From positions 3,348,001 to 3,412,000 of the forward strand of contig OU015568.1 in NCBI GenBank assembly GCA_907165135.1: a stretch of 64,000 nucleotides of DNA. The letters run 5' to 3'. Shown here in pieces: positions 10,401 to 22,082 of the stretch. The first letter of the stretch is position 1, and each line of letters begins with the position of its first letter. The position numbers were made by a program, and so were the translations under genes. This stretch comes from Oikopleura dioica (taxonomy: Eukaryota > Animalia > Chordata). Below the pieces are notes generated by a model. It was not told where the DNA came from. It saw only the letters and a program-made list of their open reading frames with translations, and searched no databases.

Positions 10401-13400
10401 CGCCCTGTATTTCGCCGCTGTTTTGAGTTTCCGGACCCAAGCCATCCTCATAAGGAATTTCGATAGTTTTGTCGAGAAAATTCTTGCAGCTTCTACAATC
10501 ACTTTCGGACGGTCCAAAACATCCGTTTAGGCATTCAGAATGGCATGCGTTTTTGTTGCCGCATTGGTCTTCCAAAATCTCGTCAATCTTCGCCTTTATC
10601 TCATCATCGTGATCCTTGATATTGTAAATATCTTCATGCTGCTTGTCGTAAGAAACATGAAGCTTGACCACTGGTTTTTCGTCTCCTTGGCCGATCACAA
10701 AGTTCTCCAGATTTTCTTCTTGCGTATTGCAAATAACGACGTTTTTGTTTGCCGGAGCGAATTGGATAGAAATTCCGGCCATGACTGAGAAATTCTTGCC
10801 AATGTACTTGAGCGAGTTCTTCATGTTTTCAGTACCATCCTCTCGCTTTTTAAGAATGAAGCCCATTTGGTCGGTCTCGTCAAATGTCTGGGACTCGCGA
10901 GTATCCGACTTTCCGCTAATAACTTTCAAGTTCTCTAAACAACCGAGAGTCTCCATCGGCCAATTGGCGATGAAAAGATGGCCAGTGATGAACTTGACAT
11001 TTCGAAAAGCATTGCAGAGCTTCCACTCCATAGATTCGTTGGCTTTGTGGCCTTGGTGAATTCGTAGATCGCCATCGATAATATTGCACTTTGAAAAGTC
11101 TTCATGATGCTTTTCAAAAAATGGGACCATATTGTCGACTTCCAAGTCTAGTCCCGTCATCATGTTCTTCCATTTAGGATGATCCATGCCCCAGCAGACC
11201 ACTGGCGCCTCCGGGAAATGCCCAGACGTGCAGTTGTAGCCGTAGTCGATGGTCGAATTCTTGAGCGTAAGGGGTTGAGCGACATCGCATCGCCTGCACC
11301 TCGGATTCGTCATATTTTGAGCAACAAGCGCTTCGTACTCAATGGAATTGTATTTTCCAAAACGCTTGCCACAGTATCGCACGCAGTTGGAGTCTTCGAT
11401 ATCGTGGACCAAACGATTCTTGCATTGCGACGATTCGCGACAATACTCGCCCTCGAATTTCTTTGTGGACGATTCTCCGTTTGATTCTACGAACATAAGC
11501 GGCACTCGGAAGCTGTGCATGCAAGTTGGCAAGCATCGCTCGAGGAAAAACGTGTTTTTATAGATCTTCTTGTCGTTGTCATTTTTGCAGGAGGAGCAAG
11601 TCGTCCAAATTTGGTCGATTAGGCGGCCCGGTCTCTCGATCGATGGAACTCTACTTTGAAACGAGTCGCAGCCACCAGAGCATGAATTCGGACAGCACTC
11701 GTCGAATTCGTTTTTGGGCGCCCAATCGAATTCTTTTCCGGATTGAGAGAGAAGACCTTTTCTTTGGTTTCGAATATAGAAAACAACTTTCCAAGAAAAG
11801 TTTGAGGCAAAAAAAAATTTGCTGGAGAGAGCCTAACAGCTAATCATAAAGAAGAAAAACCAATTCCTAAATTACATCTTCGCGTGGTCTTCATAAAGAT
11901 GCTATTCGGCCCCCCGCAAAAGCGCGAAATCGGGCCAGTACAGACTGTCTTCGACAGAATCTGGCAAGTATCGCTGTGCCAGCACCGTTTCTTCAATTTC
12001 GCTGCATCGCCTGAAGAGCCACCAAGGGTCTGGATACGATTCTGATATTCATCCTGGCAGTAGTTGCACTTCTTTGCGTATCTTATCTCTTCAAAGTTTT
12101 TTGCTTCCATCTCAAAGAGCTTTTTTCGATTTTTCTTGTAAGGAGGAAAATATCTGTTGTCAAAATATTCATTGCAGATATCGTAGAAGTAGATGTCTTG
12201 GCACTCCGATTCGGTCTTGTTGAGTTGAAGTTCCACTTCTTTGCTGCACGGATGGGCGAACAATTCCCCATAATAATCCACTGTCAGCGGCAGACAAAGC
12301 TGAATATTAGATGATTTCGCCGAGAGAATAGGGAGTTTTTTTTACCTTTTTATCGCCGCCGTTTATCATCACATTTCCACGGGTAATCTCCTTAAGCTTC
12401 GGAAAGGTTAGTATCTTCAAACTCGGCATTTGTAAGTACAGGGATGTAGCTAAAAAGGCAATCAACACATGTTTTAATCATGAAAACTTTCAATCAGCTA
12501 CGTGTATTTTAGGAATCACAAAAGATAGGTACTTACCGATTTGAAATGGCGGCGTGTTTTGGAACAGTTTTTTCTTTGACAAGGATCATGATTGATTGAA
12601 TTCATATGCTTTAAATTCTAACGTTTAAAACATGCAAATTGCCTCAGTTATTTGGCCTTGTTAGTCAGTTATTCTTTAAGTCACTATAACTCATCCTTTT
12701 TATCAGATACTTACGAACATAGCCTACATATGTATCCTTTTTCTTGGTGTGCAAGCCTTTGATGATGCGTAGATTTTCAAATCGCAATTCGCTGAAAAAT
12801 AAACTATGAAAAATATCTTTAAAAAACGACTCACGTGACATGATCTGCTTCGACGCTCAAGAAACCCCAGATCTCTTCAATTTGCTTGAGAATTTCGTTC
12901 ATCTCGTAGGGATCTTGCCCTGATGGAACTAAAAGAAGAGAAGTTAGATTTTGAAGCTTGAGAAAAATTGTTAATTGAGTAATTTACGACATTTGTTATT
13001 TTTGGGCTCTTTTTCATTATTTACATTTACTGTATTATTAGGTGTGTTATAATGAGAAAGCATCGTAATCAATACTGTTACATGCTGTCACATATGGCTG
13101 TTTCTGTGCCATCACGCGTCAGAATAGCCGGGGAACAAACCTTCGTCGCAATGATCATGAGTTTCAAAAATACATTCATCCTCCAAATTCTCTTAAAACT
13201 TATCTACAGAACCCTGACTGTAAGTTAAAGAACTCAACTCTTCTACTATAAACTACTCGAACTTACTTTCAATGACGACCGAGCCCCGGATCACCGTGCA
13301 GTTACCAAAGTGATAGCGCATTTTGTCGATCACTTTCTCCGTTGACCCCTGGAAGACACCGTTGGCGTCTTCTATCCCGTTGCAGATGCAGCCGTATTTT

Positions 13401-13711
13401 GGGCAGCAAATGTTCTCCGGGTCGACGCGGGGGACGAATTGACGGACACCACCGCATCGGCGGGCCATTGTTTCTTCAGTTTCCGCACATTGTGAAGGAT
13501 AGATATTCTTTTGGTGGATTTTTTAAACAGAATATACTTGTATTCCAGGCTACAATGAGCTTTTTAGTTGTAAAATCCTTTCCTTGCAAATATCCGTCTT
13601 CCAATACGGCGGCTGAGTTTCGCTACTATCACTTGAGCTCAAATCCAGCGACTCCTGAGAAACGACAGCAGCTGATAGGAGAAGAATCTTTGTGAAAAGA
13701 CATCTTCCCAT
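7453..13711 (-). CDS. EGFR: Highly divergent EGFR/ErbB-family receptor tyrosine kinase (signal peptide, L1, Cys-rich, L2, Cys-rich, TM, kinase, Tyr-rich tail)
   Basis: Signal MGRCLFTKILLLSAAVVSQE; L1 CNG...HFGNCTVIRGSV; L2 VCWG...FSKCNIIDGDLRI; CHSECLNGCFGP; TM ISIYVSVALVFMSIASVFIY; kinase GEGHFG, IPVAAK, HRDLAARNILL, DFG, DVYSFG. Orthology to a specific ErbB member is not established. Confidence 0.9.
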
Positions 13712-13753
13712 AGCTTCTCTTGATGTTTTTGTTTTCCACTGGCTGCGTGGACG

Positions 13754-13795
13754 CTATTTTGGATGCTGACGGCTTAATATTTTCAGGCAGCCCAT
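13754..13795 (-). promoter_or_regulatory. Possible 13-aa upstream ORF (MGCLKILSRQHPK*) in frame with the EGFR-like ATG, just after an acceptor-like AG at 13801-13802
   Basis: ATG at 13795, TAG at 13756-13754, 42 nt before the receptor ATG at 13711. Function is inferred only. Confidence 0.3.
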
Positions 13796-13960
13796 CGAAT
13801 CTGAATTTATTGCCTTATTGCATTCATCAGCCGCACTAATTAAGGTAATCAGTAATCAAGGAAAACTGAACAGCGTCTGTTTTTTGAACATTTGGAAAAT
13901 GAGGAAAAACGGATTGTTAAAAATATGCTTCAGAAAAAACAATCTTCAGAAATTAAAATT

Positions 13961-14588
13961 TCAAAAGTAAATCCTTGGTTCTTTGAAGAACTGTTTGATT
14001 ACATCGAACATCTGCCCTGCGCTGTCGTTGTCGGAGCATTCGAGAACATAACCAGCGCGATGGGTACCGTCGTCATTCTTCGCCACAAATGAGACGAAAA
14101 TGTCGAAATCTAAGTGAAGAAATTGTTGCTTTCAAATTCCATATCGATAAAAAACCAACCTAAAGATGCGAAACTGACCAAGTTCATGCTGAATTTTGCT
14201 TTTTCCGTCATAACCGTCTCCAACTCGCTGTAGTGAAATGGCTTCTTCTCCTTTTTGCAGATTTTGATGGAATAGGGAGTGATAATCACTGTGTAGAGCT
14301 CCTCACTTTTCTCTGGAACAGCTTTCTTTCTGCCGACGATTCTCTTTAGTTCTTCTTCTGTGATTTGAACAGTGCGGTTCACGCAGGGGGAAGGAAAGAA
14401 GTTTGAATTTGAAGCACGCGTGAGTGTGTAGACTGAAAATTCAGCAACTTCTTCTTTCTTTGAGTCTTCAAGGTTAGCGAAGCTTGAAGCTTGGCATCAG
14501 TTCTCATATTTTTTATGAGAAATCTTTACCTCTCAACGATTTCGACGCAGCCACAGTATCTCACCATTTGAAACACTTTCGCTTCCAT
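13961..14588 (-). CDS. Shc-type PTB (PID) domain protein with no SH2 domain visible
   Basis: VRYCGCVEIVES, LVSFASLG, FVSFVAKN and RAGYVLEC parallel Shc PTB segments VRYMGCVEVLQS, SISFASGG, YVAYVAKD and RACHILEC in the same order. At least two short introns. Confidence 0.8.
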
Positions 14589-15976
14589 CTTCTCTTCTTA
14601 GTTTTGCTTGCGCTTGGTGTACCTTACTCTCTGTAAGCTCGATTCAGAAAAGCCCATCTGAATTCAATAACTCGTTTAGAAAATGACTTTAGGACACATC
14701 CATTTCTAGGGATGATAATCGAATGCTCGTAAAACTGACAAAAACTTCCGAAATAAATAAAAAAAAAATATTTTAAAATCAGTCAAAATAAGCATAGCCG
14801 CAGCGGCTCTTCTACCGTATTTTTCTGATTATAAAAAATCATTTATTTTCGAAGTTTCTCTAAGCTTATCTTTTGATAAAAATGAAGAACGCGGAAAATA
14901 CTAAAAGTCAAATATTTGATTTTGCTGAAAGAATGAATAGGCTGGGATTCACAATGGCGTCTTTTGAACTGATTTTGAAGTGATAGTGCGAAAAATAAGG
15001 TGCTCTTGGGCAGCTGAGAATTTGATTATCAAAATCAATTCTTTCTCAGAAAGACCTTCTCTTTTTCTGATAATTTTGTAAAGAAAAAATAAAGTTTAGC
15101 TTTCAAAAGAATAAGTAATAATTACGCCTCGGGAAAGAGGAAAATCCCCTGCAGGTGATGCCTTTCAAATTTAAATTTTTTACTTCCGGACGGCCTTAAT
15201 ATGGGTTTTTAATTCATAAATGAAAAATTTCTGAAAAGGCGCATTTTCTCTTGTAAATCGAAATGAAGAATTTTCTGAAAAAAAAAGATCGCAACGATAG
15301 AATTTACAACTTGTAAAAAATGATTGAAAATCCCACTCGCGCCTAATTGATTGTCGATCGTCATTGGCTCATTTTCAAATTGATTGGTATCAAAACTTTT
15401 GATTCAAAAGTCAAAATTCTCTTTTCAGTAATCAATAATTATTCTCTCCAGGAAAATGATTCGAGCACCCAACCACTAAATACGTTGTCATTTTTATGAA
15501 CTTTAATACGCTCGTAAATAACATCGAATCACAAACATCCGTTAGCATTCAAAATGATTCTCTTTTTTTAAAAAAAGTTTTTACCTAAATTCTTGTTCTC
15601 TCATAGCAAAGCCCCTAAGTTTGGGAAGGCCCTTATTCTGTCAATAACAAATATTTGCATTTTTGGTCCAAAAACAACATATTTTTAATCTCCGAAGAAT
15701 TTTTCTCTCGATTTCAGAGGTGACCTGGGAAAAGTGTCAAAGTTTTGTACGAAAAAAGGATTAATGCCCTGCGGCGAATTAGCGGCGCACCTTTTTTATT
15801 GTCGGAAAAGAGGGTTACTGTATGACTAGATTTATCGTAAGATTTCAATCAATTGTGGAATTTAACTCCTGGCAAAAAATCAAGACAAGTACATTCCTCC
15901 ATGAATTCGAGTCAACTTTTTGATTTGAAATGTATTTCTAACTGTATCAATGAATTATGCAGCGAATAAATGATTC

Positions 15977-16790
15977 TTATTGTACTGCGTCGTAGTTCGG
16001 AGCTTTGACCTCGCCAGGCAGTGCGTAGACCTACAATCAAGAAAGTACTGTAAACACCTGTTTGAATCAATAATTAGTGGCTTACATGAAGTGGCGGTGC
16101 TACTATCTCTTCCAAAATGTTGTCATCTTTTGGATCTCTGTTGCTATTCCAATTGCACAGCCACTTTTCATCGATGAATTCCCAGCTGTAAGGAATGAGC
16201 ACTTTTGGCCGCAATTTGAATTCTTCTTGCTTTCGGTGTCTCGCCATGATCTTCGCTCGATTTGCTGTGTCAAAAATGATGATGTTCCCTTGATTGTTGG
16301 TGCCCTTTGGAAGGCCGTAGCGATCGCGAATCATGGAGTACCAGTTTGGGGTCAAGTTCGGGACATCTTTTGGGTCTAGAAGAACGATAAGGAAGTGGTC
16401 AGAAAGAAAAAGAGTTACTGAAAAATGGGAGCATTCGGCAGTTCTTCGCAAGCAGGAGTACTTCAGTTCTAGAAACATTGCTGCGTCTCTCGTTGTAGGC
16501 TACTTTTGCCTGGAAACCAAGGAAGTCCTCAAACGCCGTTCTTTTCGGATTTGCTTTCTGTTATTTGGGGTCTTGACGAATTAATTTCAACCTTTCTTAC
16601 ATAAAAATGATCCCCTCTCCTGATCTCTTTTCGTCGTCTTGATGATAGCGGTACAAACTTGTCCTGAAACAGGCCTGCCAAAATGAGCCGTGGCCCATTT
16701 GCTCAACTCAGATGGCTTCAAGGGTGGATTGGTTTTCTCGTACTTTTCTGCTACGAGGTTTTTGAGATCATCAGGCAGCGCTTTTGGCAT
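15977..16790 (-). CDS. About 200-aa CENP-B/Tc5(pogo)-like double helix-turn-helix protein with 3 canonical introns and no DDE domain
   Basis: Frame-preserving GT-AG introns give MPKALPDDLK...ELSKWATAHFGRPVSGQVCTAII...PKRTAFEDFL...NVSRTEVLLLAK...LTPNWYSMIRDRYGL. This resembles CENP-B N-terminal HTH plus Tc5 HTH. Family assignment is by motif resemblance. Confidence 0.6.
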
Positions 16791-17031
16791 TTTTTCTCTT
16801 TCTGTTTTTGTCTTTGAAAAAGGCTGGCTGTGGTGATATTCTCGAAATGCGCGCCCTGTTTTATGGAAAAAATGCGCCACTGTGGAATTTCGATCGAGCT
16901 AAAAATAGAAAATGCTGGGGAATTCCTTCGCGAAGTGGGATTGTCAGTTTTGCTCACTGTTCATTGAAGTTCGATTCAATCGGTTGATACTTTGAAAATT
17001 TATTTCACAAGAACAGAAGGGAATTTTTGCT

Positions 17032-17243
17032 TTAGTTGTTGAAAAGTTCGTTCCAGTTGTCGATTAGATCGGATCCGAATTCAGGCATTTCTGTCGACAA
17101 GTCAATGTAATCGTAATCGTCTCTTCTTGCTCTTTCGAAGCCTGGTGCACTCAGCAAAAATGCCGATATTCCTAGAATAAAAGTTATTTTAGACAAATTT
17201 CAGGGTAAAATCAAAAACCTTGAAGTAAAAAACTGATCTTCAT
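17032..17243 (-). CDS. 54-aa putative secreted peptide precursor (2 exons; intron 17172-17218)
   Basis: MKISFLLQ|GISAFLLSA-PGFERARR-DDYDYIDLSTEMPEFGSDLIDNWNELFNN*. Canonical 47-bp intron in phase, hydrophobic leader, RxRR convertase site, acidic peptide. Confidence 0.55.
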
Positions 17244-17787
17244 TATTTTTCTTGTTATCTGATGCGTTAGTGAAATGATCTCCAGACTAAAAGAACCGCG
17301 CTTATATGGAAGGAGCGAATACTAAATTATTCTCCATCAAGTGGTGAATCTTGATCCCTCGATTTCCTCATCCCTGCCAGAACTCGTAAAATATTGAATT
17401 TGACATGAACTGAGCCGCCAAGTCTGCAGAGAACATGGAAAATGACACGACGATTTTCTACAATTCCAAGCCGTTTGGTGGGTCTATTTGATGCTTGTCT
17501 ATTTATACAATGAACTGTATGTTGTTGGAAAAAGTTTTGATGCATCCTGTCTGCAAATAAATTTATTTTAGATATAAGCTTATTTTTTGAGCTTTGGGAT
17601 GAGCAATCCAAATTTCTTTTGGGATGGTAATTCATTTGAAAGGCATTTGAGAAAACGCATTTGAAATCTCCACCGCGGACGATAATTCTTATCTTTTATT
17701 GTTAACCCTCCCCGGAGGCAAAGAGCTCCAGCGTTTTCAATAAAAGTTTGAATAAATTCAAGCTGAATTTTTCGAATTTCATAAAAC

Positions 17788-20644
17788 ATGAAAGAGAAAG
17801 TCAAAAAGAAATCACAAGTCGAAATCGACAATAATGAGCCGCCACATGTTAAAACCTTCATTTTCCTATTCTCGCTCGCGGTTTATGGATCAACATGCTA
17901 TCGAACACTCCCTGGTGGAGACTCGGCGGAGTTGGTGACGGCCAGTATAGAGCTCGGGGTTGCTCACCCGCCTGGATATCCTTTGCTGATGATTCTTTTG
18001 CACATTTGGCTTTCTCCTTTGATATACATTTTCGATGCTCCAGGAAGGGTTCACTCTAGCATAAGTGGAAAATCATGCCAAGTTCTTAGAACAGTCAATG
18101 TTAGAACTTCCACTGTTGAATACCAAGTTGAATCCTCCAAATAGAATATGTAACATTTGCTTCATCTCTCTTCAACTCCTTCATCGCGTCTCTTGTCGCT
18201 GTACGACTGTATTCCCTCGCTTCAAAAATAACCGGTTCATGGCGAGCTGCCCTGTTGACCTCATCAATTTTTGCCTTCTCCGTGAACACTTGGGAGTGGG
18301 CTTCGAATCTGGAGGTTTTTACTTTGAATAATCTTCTGTGCATTTTCCTGCTTGAAGCGATGGTGGATTTCTTTGCCAAAAAGGATGAAATGGAAGATTC
18401 TTCACATGAATTCAAACGGGGGATTTTCTTCTCAGGCCTCGCACTGACAAACCAGCATACTTCCGTTTTATTCGTCTTGCCCATCGCTCTCATGGTTTCG
18501 TTGAAGACGAGATTGTCGGTGGATGTTGTCAAGACTTCTGTCATCATGATTTCTATCCCTTTGTCTATCTACCTTTACCTGCCTCTATCAGCGTATTTTT
18601 CGAACGCCAAGTGGACTTGGGGCGATTCAACAAGCATCGACGGAATTCTAACACATGTTCTTCGAGCTGAATATGGCACCTTCTCACTCGCCTCAGGCCA
18701 TGCTGGACGTGGCCTCGGGGTGATGCTCTCCTTCAACGCTTGGCAGTTTATTGAGGACTTTTCAATTATCGGCTTTCTTGTCGGAATTATCGGTTGCTTC
18801 CTATCGTTTGCCAAATCTGGGAAATCAACTCTAAGGCTGCTGATGATTTTTATATTCTACACTTGGTTCTTCAATTGGCGATGCAATTTGGACCCAGAAA
18901 ACGGGCTTTTCAAAGGTGTTATTCAGCGATTTTATCTTCAATCTGGAATTATATTTTCTATTTTTGTCGGTCTTGGCAGCGATTTCATCGTAAAACTCTT
19001 GCAAAACAAAGTTCCGACAAAATTTTTACATTTTGGCCTTCTTTCTATCCCAGTTTTTCTTGCCGCAAGAAGGTATGAACAGATGAACTACAGTCGATTC
19101 ACCCACGTGGCTGATTTCGCTGATCATTTGGCCATGAGTTTTCCCGAGAACTCTATCATTCTGATGAAAGGAGATTTGCCCTCGAATAGCTTGAGGTTTC
19201 TGGATATAGGAACTGTTCAAAAAGCCTTGATAAGCTTCCGATCGTAGAAATCAATTTTTGAACGGATAAAAGCTGAAAAACGACGCCCAGATTGCTCCTT
19301 CATCGACACTCAACCAATGACCTATCCTTGGTACATCAAAATGCTTGGCCACCATTTTCCCGGAATAAATTTCCCTGGAAAGCGGTATCATCTGGAAGGA
19401 AAGCCTGGAGACTTTTCCCTTTCCGATTTCATAAGAAAAAATGCAGAACGAAATATCTTCGGATGCATTGGGCTTCAGGAACTGGAGAAGATTGAAGCTC
19501 GAGGGGATATTTGGGCAATGCCCTGGGGTGTCTGCGAGCAGTTCTTTTTGAAGAGCAACTTTAGTGGAGAGAATTGGGATATTGAAAAGCAAGAGACATA
19601 CGCTTCCTCTCGATTGTTGCTCCAGACTTGGCCGCACCTTCCGTCTGAAAAGTCGGATCTTCCAGATCATAGTTGGGAAAAAGTCGCCAATGATGAGATT
19701 TACGCAGCGATGGTCAAGTCTGCGATGTGGAGCTTTGACCAAGCTGAGGAGATGAAGAAAGCTGGCCAAAGACGCGCTTTTTTTACGGTTGGATTCTTAT
19801 AACTTTTGATAGAGCTAACCAAATCTGAAGTTTTTGGGATCAAAATGATTCTCTCGAAAAACTTTAATTTTCCAATGCATTAGATTTTGAAAATTAAGTA
19901 CCAATTTTCCGGAAATGATTTCAGGTACTCCAAAATATTTTAAGATCGGGACGAAACTAGTACCAAAAAGATCGCCAGAAAATTTCATGAAGAATGATAC
20001 CCAACTTGCTTCTTTTCGAACATGTCCTTACAAAATAGACGGTAATCGGATTTCAGTACTTTTGGGTATCTTGAGCTATTGATAAAATGCTCAAAAAGAT
20101 AGATAATAGTCTGGTAATAGTATCAATCTTCATGAAATTTTCTGGCGATCTTTTTGGTACTAGTTTCACCCCGATCGAACAACATTTAGGGGTACCTAAA
20201 ATCACTTCCGGAAAATTGGTACCTAATTTTCGAAATCTAATGCACTGGAAAATTTTTATTTTTAGAGAGGAGCATTTTGAGCCCAAAAACTCCAGGTTTG
20301 GTTAACTCTATCAAAAGTTATAAAATCCAACCGTAAAAAAAGCGCGTCAAAGGGACAAAGCAAAGAACTACTACAAATGGTCTTTTGGCTTCTACAAGCG
20401 AGCAATCGAAGAAATGGGAGTGGAAAAGACCCCGTCGTATTGGTTCAAAAATGCTGCGCTCATCCACCCGACGGTTGCCCAACTCGGCCAGGATAACTTG
20501 GAAGGAACCGGAAGCTATGAAGAAACATACGAGCTGTTTAAAACGTATCTCGCAAGAAACAAAGAACTCGGCATCGTGACAGACGATCAAGAAGCAGTTC
20601 AAAAAGCAATTGACGACATAGGAAAGTTCTTAGGAAAAACATAA
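17788..20644 (+). CDS. TMEM260: TMEM260 (DUF2723) multi-pass protein O-mannosyltransferase with TPR-like C-terminus
   Basis: PGGDSAELVTASIELGVAHPPGYPL, EVFTLNN, ALTNQHT, HVLRAEYGTFSL, RFYLQS, ILMKGDLPSNSLR, TYPWY and PWGVC motifs. Confidence 0.92.
19797..20323. mobile_element. Foldback/MITE with about 200-bp imperfect terminal inverted repeats inside a TMEM260 intron
   Basis: 19797-20000 (ttataacttttgatagagctaaccaaat...catgaagaatgatac) is the reverse complement of 20120-20323 (gtatcaatcttcatg...ctctatcaaaagttataa). Both ends read TTATAA, compatible with a TA target duplication. Confidence 0.85.
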
Positions 20645-20950
20645 CCTGTACAATTGAAGCTACTACTGTCTAAATATATAAAAAAATATGTCCACCTCGA
20701 GTCACACCTATTCATTCATTTCAAATCATGCAAAAACGGAAAACCGTCATTGGAAAAATCGCCCATTTGATAGTGTTTGATTCAGTGCAATAAAACCGCG
20801 CTCTTGAATGGGTTTACGGCCATGCATAGTGTGTGCCCAAGCCCGGGCTCTCTTGCATCAAAATCATTCACGGTAAAAGAGTGACCAGAGAGCAAGTGGA
20901 CTTGAAAAGAGGCTAGATTTGTAAGATAAGCGACCGATTGAACGCAAAAA

Positions 20951-21839
20951 ATGACGATTAGAGGTGTTGGTATTTTGATGGGCATGGCTGGTAAGCTAAA
21001 CTGTTCCAAAAACCTTGTAAAGATACCGTTTTTAGCTTTGGGAGGCGTTATTTGGTGCCTATTCGACCGACATTGGCGAGTTTCCGTCAATTACAACACA
21101 CCAGGAAACGCCATGCCTACAGTGAGCTATCACGAAGGACTTTGGCATCGCTGCTCAAATTCCTACAACCTCGGTGGCCAGTCAAAGTAAGCATTATCTC
21201 TCTCAGGCTTTTTTACGCGTTTCTAGCTGCGCCAAAATGATGGAAGCAATCAATCACCTGCCGAGCGAGTTGATTTTCCAGCGCGGTTTCGCCGTTTTTG
21301 CCGCCATTGCTGGAGGAGTTGGTGTTCTTTTCGGAATGGCTTCGGCGCAGAGAATCAATTTTGGTAAGAGTCCCACGAATTTCTTTTCTATAATGAAAAT
21401 TCATAGCTGCAAAGCAAAAGGACAAGAACTGCTGTGCCACCTTGGCCGGGGTTTGCTACTGTATTATGGCGATTTGCATCATTGCCGCTGCTTCTTGGTC
21501 GGCTTCGCATACGTTGAAAGATAGCAAGTGGGACTATGGCATCATCAATCAAGCAGGTACGATGCTTTTCACGGTTTCTTGTGTTGAATAAGGTTAATAC
21601 AGGATACAATATTATCTACACGATCGGAGCGGATATCTACATCGGTTGGGTTACTGGATGTGTGGCATTGATCGCCGGGTGTATCATGATCTTCACAAGC
21701 TGCAAAAATGACGAATACGAGGACGATTTGGTAAGACATCCATTCATAATAGAGCTAAAACTATCTCTAGGACTACAACACGACTCAATACGCCCCACCA
21801 AATACCTACAATACTTCTGGGAACAAAGAGTACTGCTAG
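20951..21839 (+). CDS. CLDN: Claudin-family tetraspan protein, multi-exon
   Basis: W...EGLWHRC...C signature in loop 1, four hydrophobic segments, YTIGADIYIGW, short tail ending NKEYC*. Confidence 0.85.
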
Positions 21840-22082
21840 ATTTTTCCTTTCCTATAAAAAAAAACTGCACTTTGAAATAAACTTACAGAAGAAAGTCAAT
21901 CTTCCAACTTCAGTGTTCTATAAAGTTCACTGTAGTGGAGAGAAATGAAGAATTTTGGCTGTGAGTGGTTTTAAAATTGGCAGATCAAAAGAGTTTTGAA
22001 AGAAAAAAGGCGGATTTGGAGGTCGCAAAAGGTGTGATACATGTCAGAAATGTGAGTTTTGTCAGGAGAAGGGGAGGACATT

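Noticed and set aside
13530-13600. Apparent GA-AG first intron of the EGFR-like gene (AAG|GAAAGG)
   Set aside because: A canonical GT-AG intron (CC|GTATTGG...TGTAG|C) also restores frame, so a non-canonical donor is not needed.
3768-14588. Four consecutive minus-strand genes as one operon
   Set aside because: Gaps of about 250-600 bp are long for tight operons, and no spliced-leader evidence can be read from DNA alone. Only the PTB-EGFR pair is kept as a hypothesis.
17327-17635. 102-aa minus-strand ORF upstream of the peptide gene
   Set aside because: No recognisable motif or consistent splice model.
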